Assembly: GCA_036785375.1 (NCBI GenBank)
Contig: JAWMAR010000211.1
Location: 3,162,001-3,226,000, forward strand
Direction of reading: 5' to 3'
From: Leucoraja ocellata
Taxonomy: Eukaryota
Length of the DNA stretch: 64,000 bases
The notes beneath the pieces are model-generated. The model saw only the letters and a program-made list of their open reading frames with translations. It was not told where the DNA came from and did not search any database. A program made the translations under genes and the position numbers. Shown here one piece after another: positions 38,710-50,596 of the stretch; position 1 is the stretch's first letter, and the number at the start of each line of letters is the position of its first letter.

Positions 38710-38984
38710 TGTCAAACTTGAACTGTGAATTGGCCTCTCATGTCCAGCAGCAGGATGTGGCAATACCTAAATTGCAGATGAAACTATTTTACGGGAAGCT
38801 TCACAACTGCTTAATGTACCTTTAAAGTGATGGAGATGTAAGGTTGTACACAGTCGTATGGGCGACCTATACCTCAATGCCATTCTCCCTCGTATTGATC
38901 TTTAATTTTTGATTTACTTTGCTTAGAAAGCACTAGATCCCAGATGTAAGCAATTTTACTGCCCCATCATCTACAGCCTTATGG

Positions 38985-39650
38985 AAGTCATAAGGCCATA
39001 AGCAATAGGAGTGGAATTAGGCCATTTGGCCCACCAAGTCTACTCCATGATTCAATCATGGCTGATCAATCTCCTCCTCCCAACTCCATTCTCCTGCCTT
39101 CTCCCCATAACCCCTGACACCTGTACTAATGAAGAATCTATCTATCTCTGCCTTAAAAATATTCACTGACTTGACCCTCACAGCCTTCCGTGGCAAAGAA
39201 TTCCACAGATTCACCACCCTTCGACTAAATAAATTTCTCCTCATCTCCTTCCTAAAAGAACGTCCTTTAATTCTGAGGCTATGAACTCTGGTCCTAGACT
39301 CTCCCACTAGTGGAAACATCCTCTCCACATCCACTCCATACAAGCCTGTCACTATTCTGTATGTTTCAATGAGGTCCCCCCTCATTCTTCTAAACTCCAG
39401 CGAGTACAAGCCCAGTGCTGTCAAATGCTCATCATAGGCTAACCTACTCATTCCTGGGATCATTCTTGTAAACCTCCTCTGGACCCTCTCCAGAGCCAGC
39501 ACAACCTTCCTCAGGCATGGTGCCCAAAATTGCTCGCAATATTCCAAATGAGGCCTTACCAATACCTTATAGAGCCTCAACATTACATCCCTGTTTATGT
39601 ATACAAGCCTCCTTAAAATAAATGTTGGCATTGAGTTTGCTTTCTTTAGT
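38985..39650 (-). mobile_element. CR1/HER1 LINE 3' fragment
   Basis: ORF 39056-39631(-): LYKVLVRPHLEYCEQFWAP..ERVQRRFTRMIPG..RMRGDLIETY..RVVNLWNSLP. Confidence 0.9.
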
Positions 39651-40495
39651 GTGAAAGTGTGAATCCCATATTCCTTTTGGAATAACCTTCTGTAAAGCGA
39701 GCTAAAGAATGAACTATTGCTTTCTGCTCATTGCTTTGTATTTTTTTTAATTGTTTCTCCTTGGTTACATATCAAATATCATGGATATTTTGGAAACAAC
39801 ACAATGTGAAATTATGTGCAGAATGCTGCAAAATCTCAATAAATGTTTCATATCTTGCTTTGAACTATTTTTCTCAATGTTATAATTTAAGAAATTATGA
39901 AAGTAATGACGCGGCAAAGCTTCGATTAACTCTCAATACATGACCATAATCTCCGTTAATCTTTGGGAAATTATGGAATACATTGGGTATCTCTGACATG
40001 CATCATAAATAAATAACTAAGTTAGACCATGCATAACTTTCAAAATCGAATCAACAAATGGAAAAGCTGTTGGAATTATATCTGCAACACACTTTTCCTG
40101 CAATGTCACATTTTCACAGTATTTTTTTAATTATATTACAGATGTGCCTTTATTACCAATTCTGCACATTTTAGATTTAACTGACTTCAGTGGCTTCCTT
40201 TGTAGGACTGCCTTTAATAACTGAATTATACAAAATATGTGAAAACTAGTTTTCCCTTAACTCACTACCAATTGAGGTACCGTAGAGGTGCATCAATTAG
40301 TTCTGCTGATATTAAAGTTCCAATAAAAGGGTTTCACCGTGACCTTGGGTTCTGCCGTTGTGGAGAATGCATGTTTTCTCTGTGAGGTGTGGGTTTTGCC
40401 AGGTTTTCGAGTTACCTCCCACATCCCAAACAAATGCTGGCAGGTTAATCACCTTCTTTAAATTGTAGCTAACCTTGGTCATGGCAGGAGAGTTA

Positions 40496-41267
40496 CGGGC
40501 CTGTCCCACTTAGGTGATTGTTCAGCGGACTGCCGGTGACTGTCAAATTGCCAGCAGTCGTCTGAAAAACCAACAACTGGAATGGCAACTGTCAGAGTGG
40601 AACACACACACAAACACATCGCTTCCTTCACCAGCCCGTTATGCAGGCAGGGACAGGGCAAGCAGGGGAGCGCTGTCTAAAAAATTCCCACAGTGCAAAG
40701 CCAAGGTGATACCGCGATGAGCAGGAAGGTTGGTGCTGTAATTAAGACAACTAAAGCACAGCGTACGGTAAGTCCTTTAAAAGATGGGGGGGGGGGGGGG
40801 GGAAGGAATGGAGACAACTTTTAAGAAGCCAGAGATGCACGGCTGTGAAGCTCCGCGGACATTTAACATTACCGGTCGGTTCCTTGGTTCTGAAAACTAC
40901 TGCTTACCTTCTTTTTCCCCCCAATGAGCCAATGAAATTCACCGGTCAGCACCGGCTCCAACCTACGAGAACCTCCGGGAACATTCTACCTCCTGGCGAC
41001 CCACTAGGACCTCCTGGCGACCCACGTACGGCACGAGAATTCTCACTATTCTTCATGGCGGCTTCATTCTAGTCGCCGTTAATTTTATAACATGTTGAAA
41101 AATTTGGGGTGACCATAATGAGGCCGCGACTAGTTCCCAGAATGCGGGAACTCCCCGTGACCATGAAGGCAACTCCCCGGCAACCACCCGCGAACATGTG
41201 CCGACCATTTGGCGACTGCATAGTCTCCTGCAGTCGCCTAAAAACTCGCCTAAGTGGGACAGGCCCA
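40496..41267. mobile_element. PIF/Harbinger-type MITE, subfamily A (longest copy)
   Basis: YGGGCCTGTCCCACTTAGG TIRs with perfect TTA TSD (40493-40495, 41268-41270). Confidence 0.88.
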
Positions 41268-41294
41268 TTAGAAGAGAGTTAATGGGTGTGTGAG

Positions 41295-42012
41295 CGGGTG
41301 GCACCAGCAATGGCTGCCTCGCCAATAGTCTGTCTGTCCCTTCCTTCTTTTGTTGTTTGTTTGTATGTGTTCAATGCATGTTTTAGTGTTCTTTAGCTTG
41401 TTTTATGTGGGGGCTGTGGGGGGGGGGGAGAGTTTGGGGGAAACTTTTTCTAAGCCCTTATCTCAACAAAGATGCAATCCGTATCGTATCTCCTTCTGCA
41501 CTGCGGCCTAACATCGAGGAGTTAACGGCCTTTGCAGGAGACCAACTTTGGGAGCCTATGGACTTACCATCGTGGAGCCCGCGATCCCTTTGCCAAAGAT
41601 CGTCCTCTGAGTTCCAACCATGGGAGCCTGCGGACTTTAACATTGTAGAGCTCGCGGACTCTGGTCAGACGCCGACTTTGGGAGCTCCAAGCAGCAGGAG
41701 CTTCGATCACCCCGACGTGGGAGCTTCGATCGCCCTGACTCAGAGGCTTCAATAGTCGGCTGCGGGGCTTCGATCGCCCCACCTGCGGATGGTTCAACAG
41801 CCCCGACTGCGAGAGAATAACGAGGAAGAAGATTAGACTTCATTGCCTTCCATCACAATGAGGAATGTAGGGAATTCACTGTGGTGGATGATTACGTTAA
41901 TTTTTATGTAGTTGTGTGTCTTGTTGCTTTTTTTTGTATGGCTGTATGGTGATTCGAATTTCACCGTATCTTAGTTGGTATATGTGACAATAAACTGACC
42001 TTTGAACCTTGA
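41295..42012 (+). mobile_element. GC-rich SINE-like non-autonomous retroelement, Rex-type tail
   Basis: GC head, T-rich, G-tract, GGAGCTTCGA repeats, hairpin 41845-41890, tail ATGTGACAATAAAC. Confidence 0.6.
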
Positions 42013-42443
42013 ATAGATTACAAATCAATAAATGGAGGAATGGGACTGATCAGATGCCTTGACTGCTGGCTTTGACTTGATGGGCCTCCTTCGATCTTGT
42101 AAGAAAATATGAGAAGTTTAGAGTATTTCAATTAACTGCATTTGCAAACGCGAATGATAATTATTTCACCAATTGTTACCAAATAACTAACCATTTTGCT
42201 CTTTAGCTTAGGTAAATTTAGTTTAGAGATAAAGCATTGAAACAGATCCTTCGACGCTGTACACACCAGTAATATGTTATTCCGCTTTCTCATCCACTTC
42301 CTACACACTAGGGGTCATTTAAAGAGGCCACCTAACCTACAAAACTGCACGTTTTTGGGATGTGGGAGTAAACCAGAACACCTGTAGGAAACCCACGCAT
42401 TCACAGGGAGTACAGACAAACTCTGCACAGACAGCACCCGATG

Positions 42444-44822
42444 CAGGGCTGCCAACTCTCACGCTTTGAGCGTGACACTCATGCATTTCAGCCAATTCTC
42501 ACGCCCTCACGCTGAAGACGGAATTCTCACGCTGACACGCTGTCTTCAGTCCCTGCACAGTTTGTCTCTTTGCGCCACATGACAGCGATCTGCACGGATT
42601 GGGGAAGCGCGTCGGTCCCGGGCAGCGGGTGTCAGCGTTTTTGTGTGCCGTCTGCGAGCTCTGCGCTGCCGGCTGCTGCGGCAACCTCGCTCTCTCCCTC
42701 CCTCCCTCCCTCCCTCCTGCCCAAAGATCTTATAGTTCCGCTATAGGATCTTTGCTCCTGCCCTTCAACTCACACGGCAGCACCAGCGCCGCCAATCCAC
42801 GCTACACCGTGCCCGCCAGGCTCCCCATTGGGCGGCCCGGGAAAGAGAGGGAGGGGAGAAAGAGAGAGAGAGAAAGAAAAAAAGGGAGGGATGGAGGCAA
42901 AGAGAGACAGGGGGAGGGAATGTAGAAAGGGGATGAGGGAAGGGAAGGAGAAAGGGGAAAAAGAGGGATGGTGAGGAAAGAGAGGGAGGGGAGGAAAGAG
43001 AGGGAGAGGAAGGAGGGAGAGGGGGAAGGAAANNNNNNNNNNNNNNNNNNNNNNNNNNNNNNNNNNNNNNNNNNNNNNNNNNNNNNNNNNNNNNNNNNNN
43101 NNNNNNNNNNNNNNNNNNNNNNNNNNNNNNNNNNNNNNNNNNNNNNNNNNNNNNNNNNNNNNNNNNNNNNNNNNNNNNNNNNNNNNNNNNNNNNNNNNNN
43201 NNNNNNNNNNNNNNNNNNNNNNNNNNNNNNNNNNNNNNNNNNNNNNNNNNNNNNNNNNNNNNNNNNNNNNNNNNNNNNNNNNNNNNNNNNNNNNNNNNNN
43301 NNNNNNNNNNNNNNNNNNNNNNNGTGTCTCCCTGTGTGTCTGTTGTCACATCCTGGCCTTAGACAGGGCTGCCAACTCTCACACTTTGAGCGTGAGAGTC
43401 ACACATTTCAGCCAATTCTCACGCTGATGACAGAATTCTCACGCTGTCTTCAGTCCCTGCACAGTTTGTCTTTTTTCGCCAAATCACAACGATCTGTGCA
43501 GTCTGGGGAAGCGCGTCAGTTGGCGGCTGTGAGTGACGTCGCATCCCTTCTCTTCACTTCTTTCTTGGTTGGATGTGCAGCCGCCAACTACATGAAGCAG
43601 CCGGAGATAAAACTAACCAGGTGAATCGGTTGTAAAACATGGGGAGGACCACAATGAGGCCAAACATCTAGGACAGGGTTTGGCAACCTACGCACACGGG
43701 CTGAATCCGCCCATAACCCGAAAAACCACATTTTTTTTCAATTTGTTCTCAGGTCGGGGCAGGCGAGCCGACCTGAGAACTGCAGCCAGTCCCTGGGACG
43801 CGAGCTGATCTGGGAATGGCAGCCAGTCCCTGGGCACGCAGAATGCCAACTTGATCATTATGGACAAATTGGGCCAGCCACATACATGTTGTATAACTCT
43901 GACTGTATGAAGATCTGAATGGGCTTAGAATGACCATTTAAGCAAAATTGCCCCCACTTTCCCCATTTTGATTCTTGAGATTAATATCCATTTGCTCTGT
44001 TAACAGCGTTAAAGTACTTATGAGGTTGAGTCAGGAAAGGGAACATGTTATTTCTTTTTAGTTTGCTTTAATTTGTTAGTTGATTGTTTGTTGAGTGCCA
44101 TCATTTCTGAAATGGTCTTAAAGTAACTTAACTGTTATAAAGCAGTAATAAGTGATTTTTGTCCAAACAATTGGAACTTGCATAAAATGTTTGCATTATT
44201 AGCAGGACTGCCAACTCTCACGCATTGAGCGTGAGACTCAAGCATTTCACAAAATTCTCACGCTCTCACGCTGATCACAAAATTTCTCACGCTCAAATAT
44301 CTGCGGGTGCTGAAAGTTCAAAATAAAGCAAAAATTGTTTTAGAGGTGAGTAAAAACCATGGGGGGAATATCAGGTGAATGCATAGTCTTTTTCCCAGGA
44401 TATGTGATTCAAGCACTAGAGGGGATTGGTTTAAAGCAGGGCTATCAAACTACTGGCCTGCGGGATGATTTGGGGGGAAAAAAAAGTAGTTTAGTTTCTC
44501 CCATGCAGATGGTGTGATAGGTGATACACGGCGGTGGTGGTCCCAGCACCAACCCCCCTCACCCTTCCCCCCTGAGGCACGGCACACACCTCCCACCCTC
44601 ACCTCTGGCGGCTCTATGTCCGTCGACCGTTCTGTCCACACCCCATGGAGGTTTAACCCCGGCCCGGAGCCAGGAGCGGCCCGGGTGAGTGGGGGCATTG
44701 GTGCTGCCTCCGGAGCCTACTATGGGAGGGGGAACACCCCCTCCCACACCCTCCCCCCCATCGGTCGCTACGCTCCCTCGCAGTTTCCCACTCTCAACTC
44801 TCACCCAATGTTGGCAGCCCTG
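42444..44822. mobile_element. Composite non-autonomous hAT-like transposon, 6-bp TSD
   Basis: TIR CAGGGCTGCCAAC / GTTGGCAGCCCTG; CCGATG at 42438-42443 and 44823-44828; subterminal CTCACGC repeats; extra left ends at about 43363 and 44203. Confidence 0.75.
43033..43323. other. Assembly gap (N run) next to GA-rich low-complexity DNA
   Basis: 291 N. Confidence 1.
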
Positions 44823-44954
44823 CCGATGTCAGGGTCGATCCAAGGCCTCTGACACTGTGAGGCAGCAGCTCTACCAGCTGCACCACTGCGTTGCCAACAG
44901 AACCACTTTGCTCTGTTGAAAATGATCTGATAGCTTAATTAGTTGTGGGCTAAA

Positions 44955-45880
44955 GGGGGCGCTGTTCTGGCGGCAGCCATGGCAGCAGCGCGTCAGCCTT
45001 TCAATTTTATTTTTTATTTTTAGTATGTTTTAAAGTGTGTATTTAGTGGGGTTTTTTGTGTTTAGTGTGGGGGGTGGTGTGGGTGGTGTAAGGGGGAAAC
45101 CGCTTTGGTCGCCTCCTCCATGGAGAGGCGACTTTTTCCAGGTCGCCTCCCCCGTGGCCTACCATCAAGGATCGGCAAGGTCTTTCCCGGAGACGTGCCC
45201 GGGGCTTCAGCGGCAGGCGCAGCGTGGACTCGGTGTGGAGCGGGTGAGCCCTCGCTGGGGCTCGCCGGAGGGGAGTGCTCCGTTTCACTGGCCCGGGGCA
45301 GCCGGTAGCCTGAAGTCGCAGCCTGAAGCCGCGGTCTGCAGAGTTCCAGCTGCTGCGGCGTCTACAGCCCGGGATCCCTCGTGGGGGACCCGGGGGAAGA
45401 AGAAGCCGCCATTGCCGGCCCGCAGATAACTTCTACCGCGGGGCCGGCATGGACTTACCATCACCCCTGGAGGGGAGCTTCGACCTCCGGCCCTGCAGTC
45501 TACGGTGCTTCTGGCTGCGGCGGGGACTTTAAATCTCAACCACCAGCCTGCGGCCTACACAATCTTGAAGCCGCGGTCTCCGGTGAGGAAAGACCGATCC
45601 TGGACTGGACTCTGGACTCTGGTCTTGTCCACGGGGGGGGGGGGGGGGGGGGGGGGGGGGAGGGGGGGGGGGGAATGGAGGAGGACAGGCAAACATTTTT
45701 GTGCCTTCCACCACAGTGATGAATGCTGTGGTGGATGTTTATGTTACATGTTGTGTCCTGTTTATGCATTTTATTATTTTGTTAACCCATCTTTATGCTT
45801 TGTATGGAACTGATTTTTAAATTATGTAAAGCACTTTGGGGTCAATGAAAATTGAATATAAATGTGCTATATAAATAAAC

Positions 45881-45933
<53 letters not shown>
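44955..45933 (+). mobile_element. GC-rich SINE-like non-autonomous retroelement, L2-type tail + (ATT)n
   Basis: Same scaffold as 41295-42012, hairpin 45703-45736, tail TGTAAAGCACTTTGG..AAATGTGCTATATAAATAAAC(TTA)n. Confidence 0.6.
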
Positions 45934-45935
<2 letters not shown>

Positions 45936-46007
45936 AAATTCTAAATGCAAAACGATATTAATAAAATCCAAATGTCTTAAGGTAGAACAGAAGGCCTGTT
46001 TATCACT

Positions 46008-46166
46008 AGGTAGACAAAAATGTTGGAGAACCTCAGTGGGTGAGGCAGCATCTATGGAGCAAATGAAATAGGCAACGTTTCGGGTCGAAACCCTTCTTCA
46101 GACTGAGTTTCTACAGTATTTTTGTCTACCTTCGATTTTCCAGCATCTGCAGTTCCTTCTTAAACA
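46008..46166. mobile_element. Inverted Penelope pLTR pair, ~12-bp TSD
   Basis: CTGT(T/A)TATCACT at 45996-46007 and 46169-46180. Confidence 0.75.
46071..46105 (-). ncRNA. Minimal hammerhead ribozyme motif (core intact, UUCG loop II)
   Basis: Minus strand reads CAGT-CTGAAGA-A-GGGT TTCG ACCC-GAAA-CGTT-GCC. Confidence 0.65.
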
Positions 46167-48065
46167 GTCTGTATATCACTGCATGTTTATACATTGACTC
46201 ATATAACTCACTATTCTGGAAGTAGTAGAAATTGGATACTATCGTGTTGGCCATCATTTTACTGACCTGATACATTCCTAGTTCTGTCATTGGCATCGTT
46301 GCATTTTATAGGTTACAGCTGTCCCAATCTTCCCTCCTCCCAGCTGTGTAAAAAAAGTCATGTAAGATGATATATCAGCAATTCCGATAGTCAGTGTTGA
46401 CTTCAAAAGGCCTGTCTCATTGTCCTCTCCCTAAGGCATACTTAAGATCGACTGTCAGCTGGCAAATTCAAATGTGATTTCTCCCATCTAGCAAGTTGCC
46501 TGAGGAGGAGTGATGGGGGCGGGAGTGCTTTCCCATCTTCATAGATGAAGCCTGAACAATTCATTGGGTTCGCGCTCCAGGTTTCAAGGTACAAGCCGCG
46601 ATGTAGCATCGAGTCAGAAATGAGCCAAAGCGAAAAGCTATTCATTACAGTAAAGTACCTAAGTCTTCACAAATGAATATTTATGAAACTGCAGCCCAGT
46701 CTATAAATACTTTAAAGCCTTTCAATAGAAAAATCACAATGTGTAAATTCTGCTCAACTATAGTTGCCAATAAATAGGAGAATACCTTGAGACATCTCAC
46801 AAAGGTATTGAAAGTGGAAAGCGATATTTTATCAAACATTTCCTCTTAAAAAGGGACCAGCCCTCATATGCCGGTTAGGATGATGAAATCATAACCTACT
46901 TACTCTCCCTTTCTCTTTCTTTTCATCTTACTTTCTTTCTGTTTCTCTATCTAGCTTATTATGCCTTTTTTCTGCACGGCCAAACATTATTTTCCTTGTT
47001 TGACTTAAGAATAAAATGTCTGTAAAACCTAAAATGAACAATGGACAGACCCAAAATGCTGGAGTAACTCAGCGAGACAGGCAGCAACTCTGGAGAATAT
47101 TGATGTTTCGGGTTGGGACCCTGAATTATAATAAATTTGCAGCATAAAAATAATTATAACAAATGCAAATATCAAATAGTTTCTTTTTCACAATTTCAGA
47201 ATCTAGACATAGTGTAACTTCATCATTGATTTTTCTGTTCAATTGTTTTCATCTTTGTGACTTTCACACCATTTTACATGTATTTTTCATCTTCTGGCCT
47301 GCAAGAATTTTTAAAGCATTACAGTAATATCTTCATCATGTTTGTCAATTTTTAATTTCTTAGAGTCCAAATTAGAATTGTGCTACAAAACTTTATCTTG
47401 GATTCAAGGTGGAAATAAATCTACTGGGCAAAGTGGGTCAGAGCAGATTTTTGACACTTCACTCTCCAATTCCCATAAATTATCTAAATTCTAATTAAAT
47501 TGAGTGTTCTTATAATAGTTTTAAGGAAAGAGTATGGTAACCAAAAGTATCTAAGTAGAACATTATAATTAACAGCAAACAGCAACTTTCCCCATCAACC
47601 CAGTTCTTTCCCACAGATAATACACGGGTATCTATCACAGATCATACAACACATTTTATCTGATGAAAGGAAACACTGCAATCATTTTTCACTGTCTCCT
47701 CAATTTCAGGCTATGTGTCAAAAAATCAATGGCCCAAATATTGACCCAGAGGCGAAAATCTCTGGCTGAAAGCCAACATTTTTGCTTTCCACCATGTGGT
47801 ATATTTTGCATTGTCATTGCAGTCGTTGCAATTGCATTATCATTGTTTTAATCTCATGAGCCACAGTTTTCCCAGTGTCTTTAATGTGGCACTTTCTCAA
47901 CAAACATTTGCTCAGCCTAGGTGACCAATTTACAGAGCACTTGCATGCAAAAGCAATTGAGATTTCCCCGTTGCATGCCAGTTCAATTCCCCGACCACCT
48001 GCCGCTATCTCCAAACTCTGTTCCTCTTCCGCCATTACTCAGCTCCATCATCCATCTTGGCATCT

Positions 48066-48490
48066 TGAGCGTTTGACGGCACTGGGCCTGTATTCGCTGG
48101 AGTTTAGAAGAATGAGGGGTACCTCATTGAAACGTACAGAATAGTGAAAGGCTTGGATAGAGCGGATGTGGAGAGGATGTTTCCTCGAGTGGTCATAGCC
48201 TCAGAATTAAAGGATGTTCTTTTAGGAAGGATATGAGGAGGAATTTCTTCAGTCAGAGGGTGGTGAATCTGTGGACTTATTTGTACAAAAGGCTGTGGAT
48301 GCCAAGGCAGTGGATATATTTAACGCAGATACTGATAGACTCTTAATTAGTACTGGTGTCAGAGCTTACGGGGAGAAGGCAGGAGAATGGGATTAGGAGG
48401 GAGATATAGATCAGCCATGATTGAATGGCGGAGTAGACTTGATGTGCCGAATGGCCGAATTCTACTCCTGTTACGATGATCTTATGATCT
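48066..48490 (+). mobile_element. CR1/HER1 LINE 3' fragment
   Basis: ERLTALGLYSLEFRRMRG; same subfamily as 38985-39650. Confidence 0.85.
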
Positions 48491-50596
48491 TCATTCTTAG
48501 TGTTGATGCAAGGTTTCGACCTGAAAGGTTGACAATTCCTGTCCCAACAGATGCTGCTCAATCCGCTGAGTTCCTCCAGTAGATTGGCTGTGGCTCTTGC
48601 TCAAAATAACTTAATTGGCCTTATTTTTTTAAAATAAGGATTTCCCCTTTCCCCTGGTTCCTGCTGCATTTGCACTGTGCAATGAAAACCATAAAACCTT
48701 TATGCTTCATGATGTAGATCGAGGATTGCTTTTATTGATCCCTGGTTGCGTAAATAAAGGAATCTTCCTCAAAAGTATTCCAAGGTTTCTGCTGGAGGTC
48801 TCCACATGTTGACTCAGGTATATCATCACCCTGGCTGTGATGGCTTTAAGCGATAATAAGTTCATCAACTATTCGATAGAAGAGCCATGTTTAATGTGTT
48901 TCATTATTCGGCAAAATTGTTGAAATCTCCCGAGTGTACGTTATATAAAAGCTCTTGTGCTCAGCCAAGTAACTGATGAAAGGGTCATGCTCAGTGAACC
49001 TATTTCACTTCTAGCTATCTGCCTCATCAAGTAACAGTCCATTATCGTGCAGGGAATGCCTTTAGAATGAAACTAATCGTGTTGCACCGAGAGACATTTC
49101 ATTGTTGCAAACTGAGCAATATCGCTGTTTTAATGGCTCAGGAGTTCCAGGCAGTGTGGAAGCTAATGTAACTTTTGGGATCAGAATTATAAATACTATG
49201 TAGAAGATATTTCCAGTCTAGCTCGGAAAAAAAAACACACACAACTTTTGTCAAAGTACAGTTCCATCAAATTGCTTTTAAATTAAATGGCATGTGGAAA
49301 CAATGAAAATGCAAGCAGTCCGATAAATGTGAGCTGGAATGGTGTTGAACATCTTATAGAAGCATAGAGTGATACAGTGTGGAAATAGGCCCTTCGGCCC
49401 AACTTGCCCACACTCGCCAATATGCCCCAGCTACACTAGACTTGGTCCATATCCCTTCAAACCTGTCCTATCCATGTGCCGGTCTAACTGTTTCTTAAAC
49501 GATGCAATAGTCTATGCCTCAACTACCTCCTCTGGCAGCTTGTTCCATACACCCCACCACCCTTTGTGCAAAAACGTTCCCCCTCAGGTTCCTATTAAAT
49601 CTTTTGCCCTTCACCTAAACCTATGTCCTCTGGTCTTCATCTTGATGAAGATGGAAAAAGAAATACTCTCAAAGATTTTTTTTTAAACTGCTGAAAATAA
49701 TATTTTGAAAGAATGCGGAATGAGCATAGATGTTCCACTTTGGGTTTCAAACTTAGCGGATTCACCATCAGAGTGGATGTTATGAGTTCTGTGTATCAGC
49801 TTTTTAACTATCATTACATCAGTTTAAAGGATGAGAAATCAGGACTGGTTGTTATCTGATTTGCTGATCTAAACAGCCATACTTCCCATTAACAGGACTA
49901 AAATGAATTAATTTTTACATTCATTTTTTGGGATCTGGTCATGGCTAGCATTTATTGCTCATGCTTGATTAGCAGGGGGGAGCTGACTTCTTTAACTGCT
50001 GCCGTCCTTCGTGTGAAATTACTCCTTCAATGCTGTGGGGTCGGGAGTTCTAGGATTTGCACCCAGCTACAATGGAAATCTGGGAAGAAAGAACTGCAGA
50101 TGCTGATTCAAATCGAAGGTAGACACAAAATGCTGGAGTAACTCAGCGGGACAGGCAGCATCTTTGGAGAGAAGGAATGGGTGACATTTCGGGTCAAGAC
50201 CCTTCTTCTGGTGGTATATTTCCACCAAAATGGTATCTGAGATGGAAGGGAACCTGCATAGTATTTATTCCAAATTGCCTGATGCCTTTGTTCTTGGTGG
50301 TGAAGATTGTGGTTTAGGGAATATCTATCAGAGTAACCTGAGTTAGTACCTGCAATGCGTTTTAAAGCTGGTATGCCCTGCAATCACTGTGCACCAACAG
50401 AAGGGATAATAAATGTTAAAGATGGATAATAAAGTACCATTGGGACAGGTTGCCCTACCCTGACTCTGTGTATTCACCCTATCAATTATCCTAATGATTT
50501 TGTACACCTCTATAAGATCACCCCTTATCCTCCTGCGCTCCACGGAATAAAGTTCCAGCCTGCCCAACCTCAGCCTATAGTTTTGAGTTCCTAAAT

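Larger units (their letters stand above)
42215..44895 (-). mobile_element. HE1-like V-SINE split by a hAT-like insertion
   Basis: ..ACAGACAGCACCCGATG (to 42443) rejoins CCGATGTCAGGGTCGATCC.. (from 44823). Confidence 0.7.

Noticed and set aside
42765-43624. Long ORFs in the track
   Set aside because: Artefacts of the N gap and GA-rich low complexity.
44955-45630. CpG-island-like promoter (also 41500-41810 and 62440-62880)
   Set aside because: CpG richness coincides with repeat bodies and no first exon is evident.
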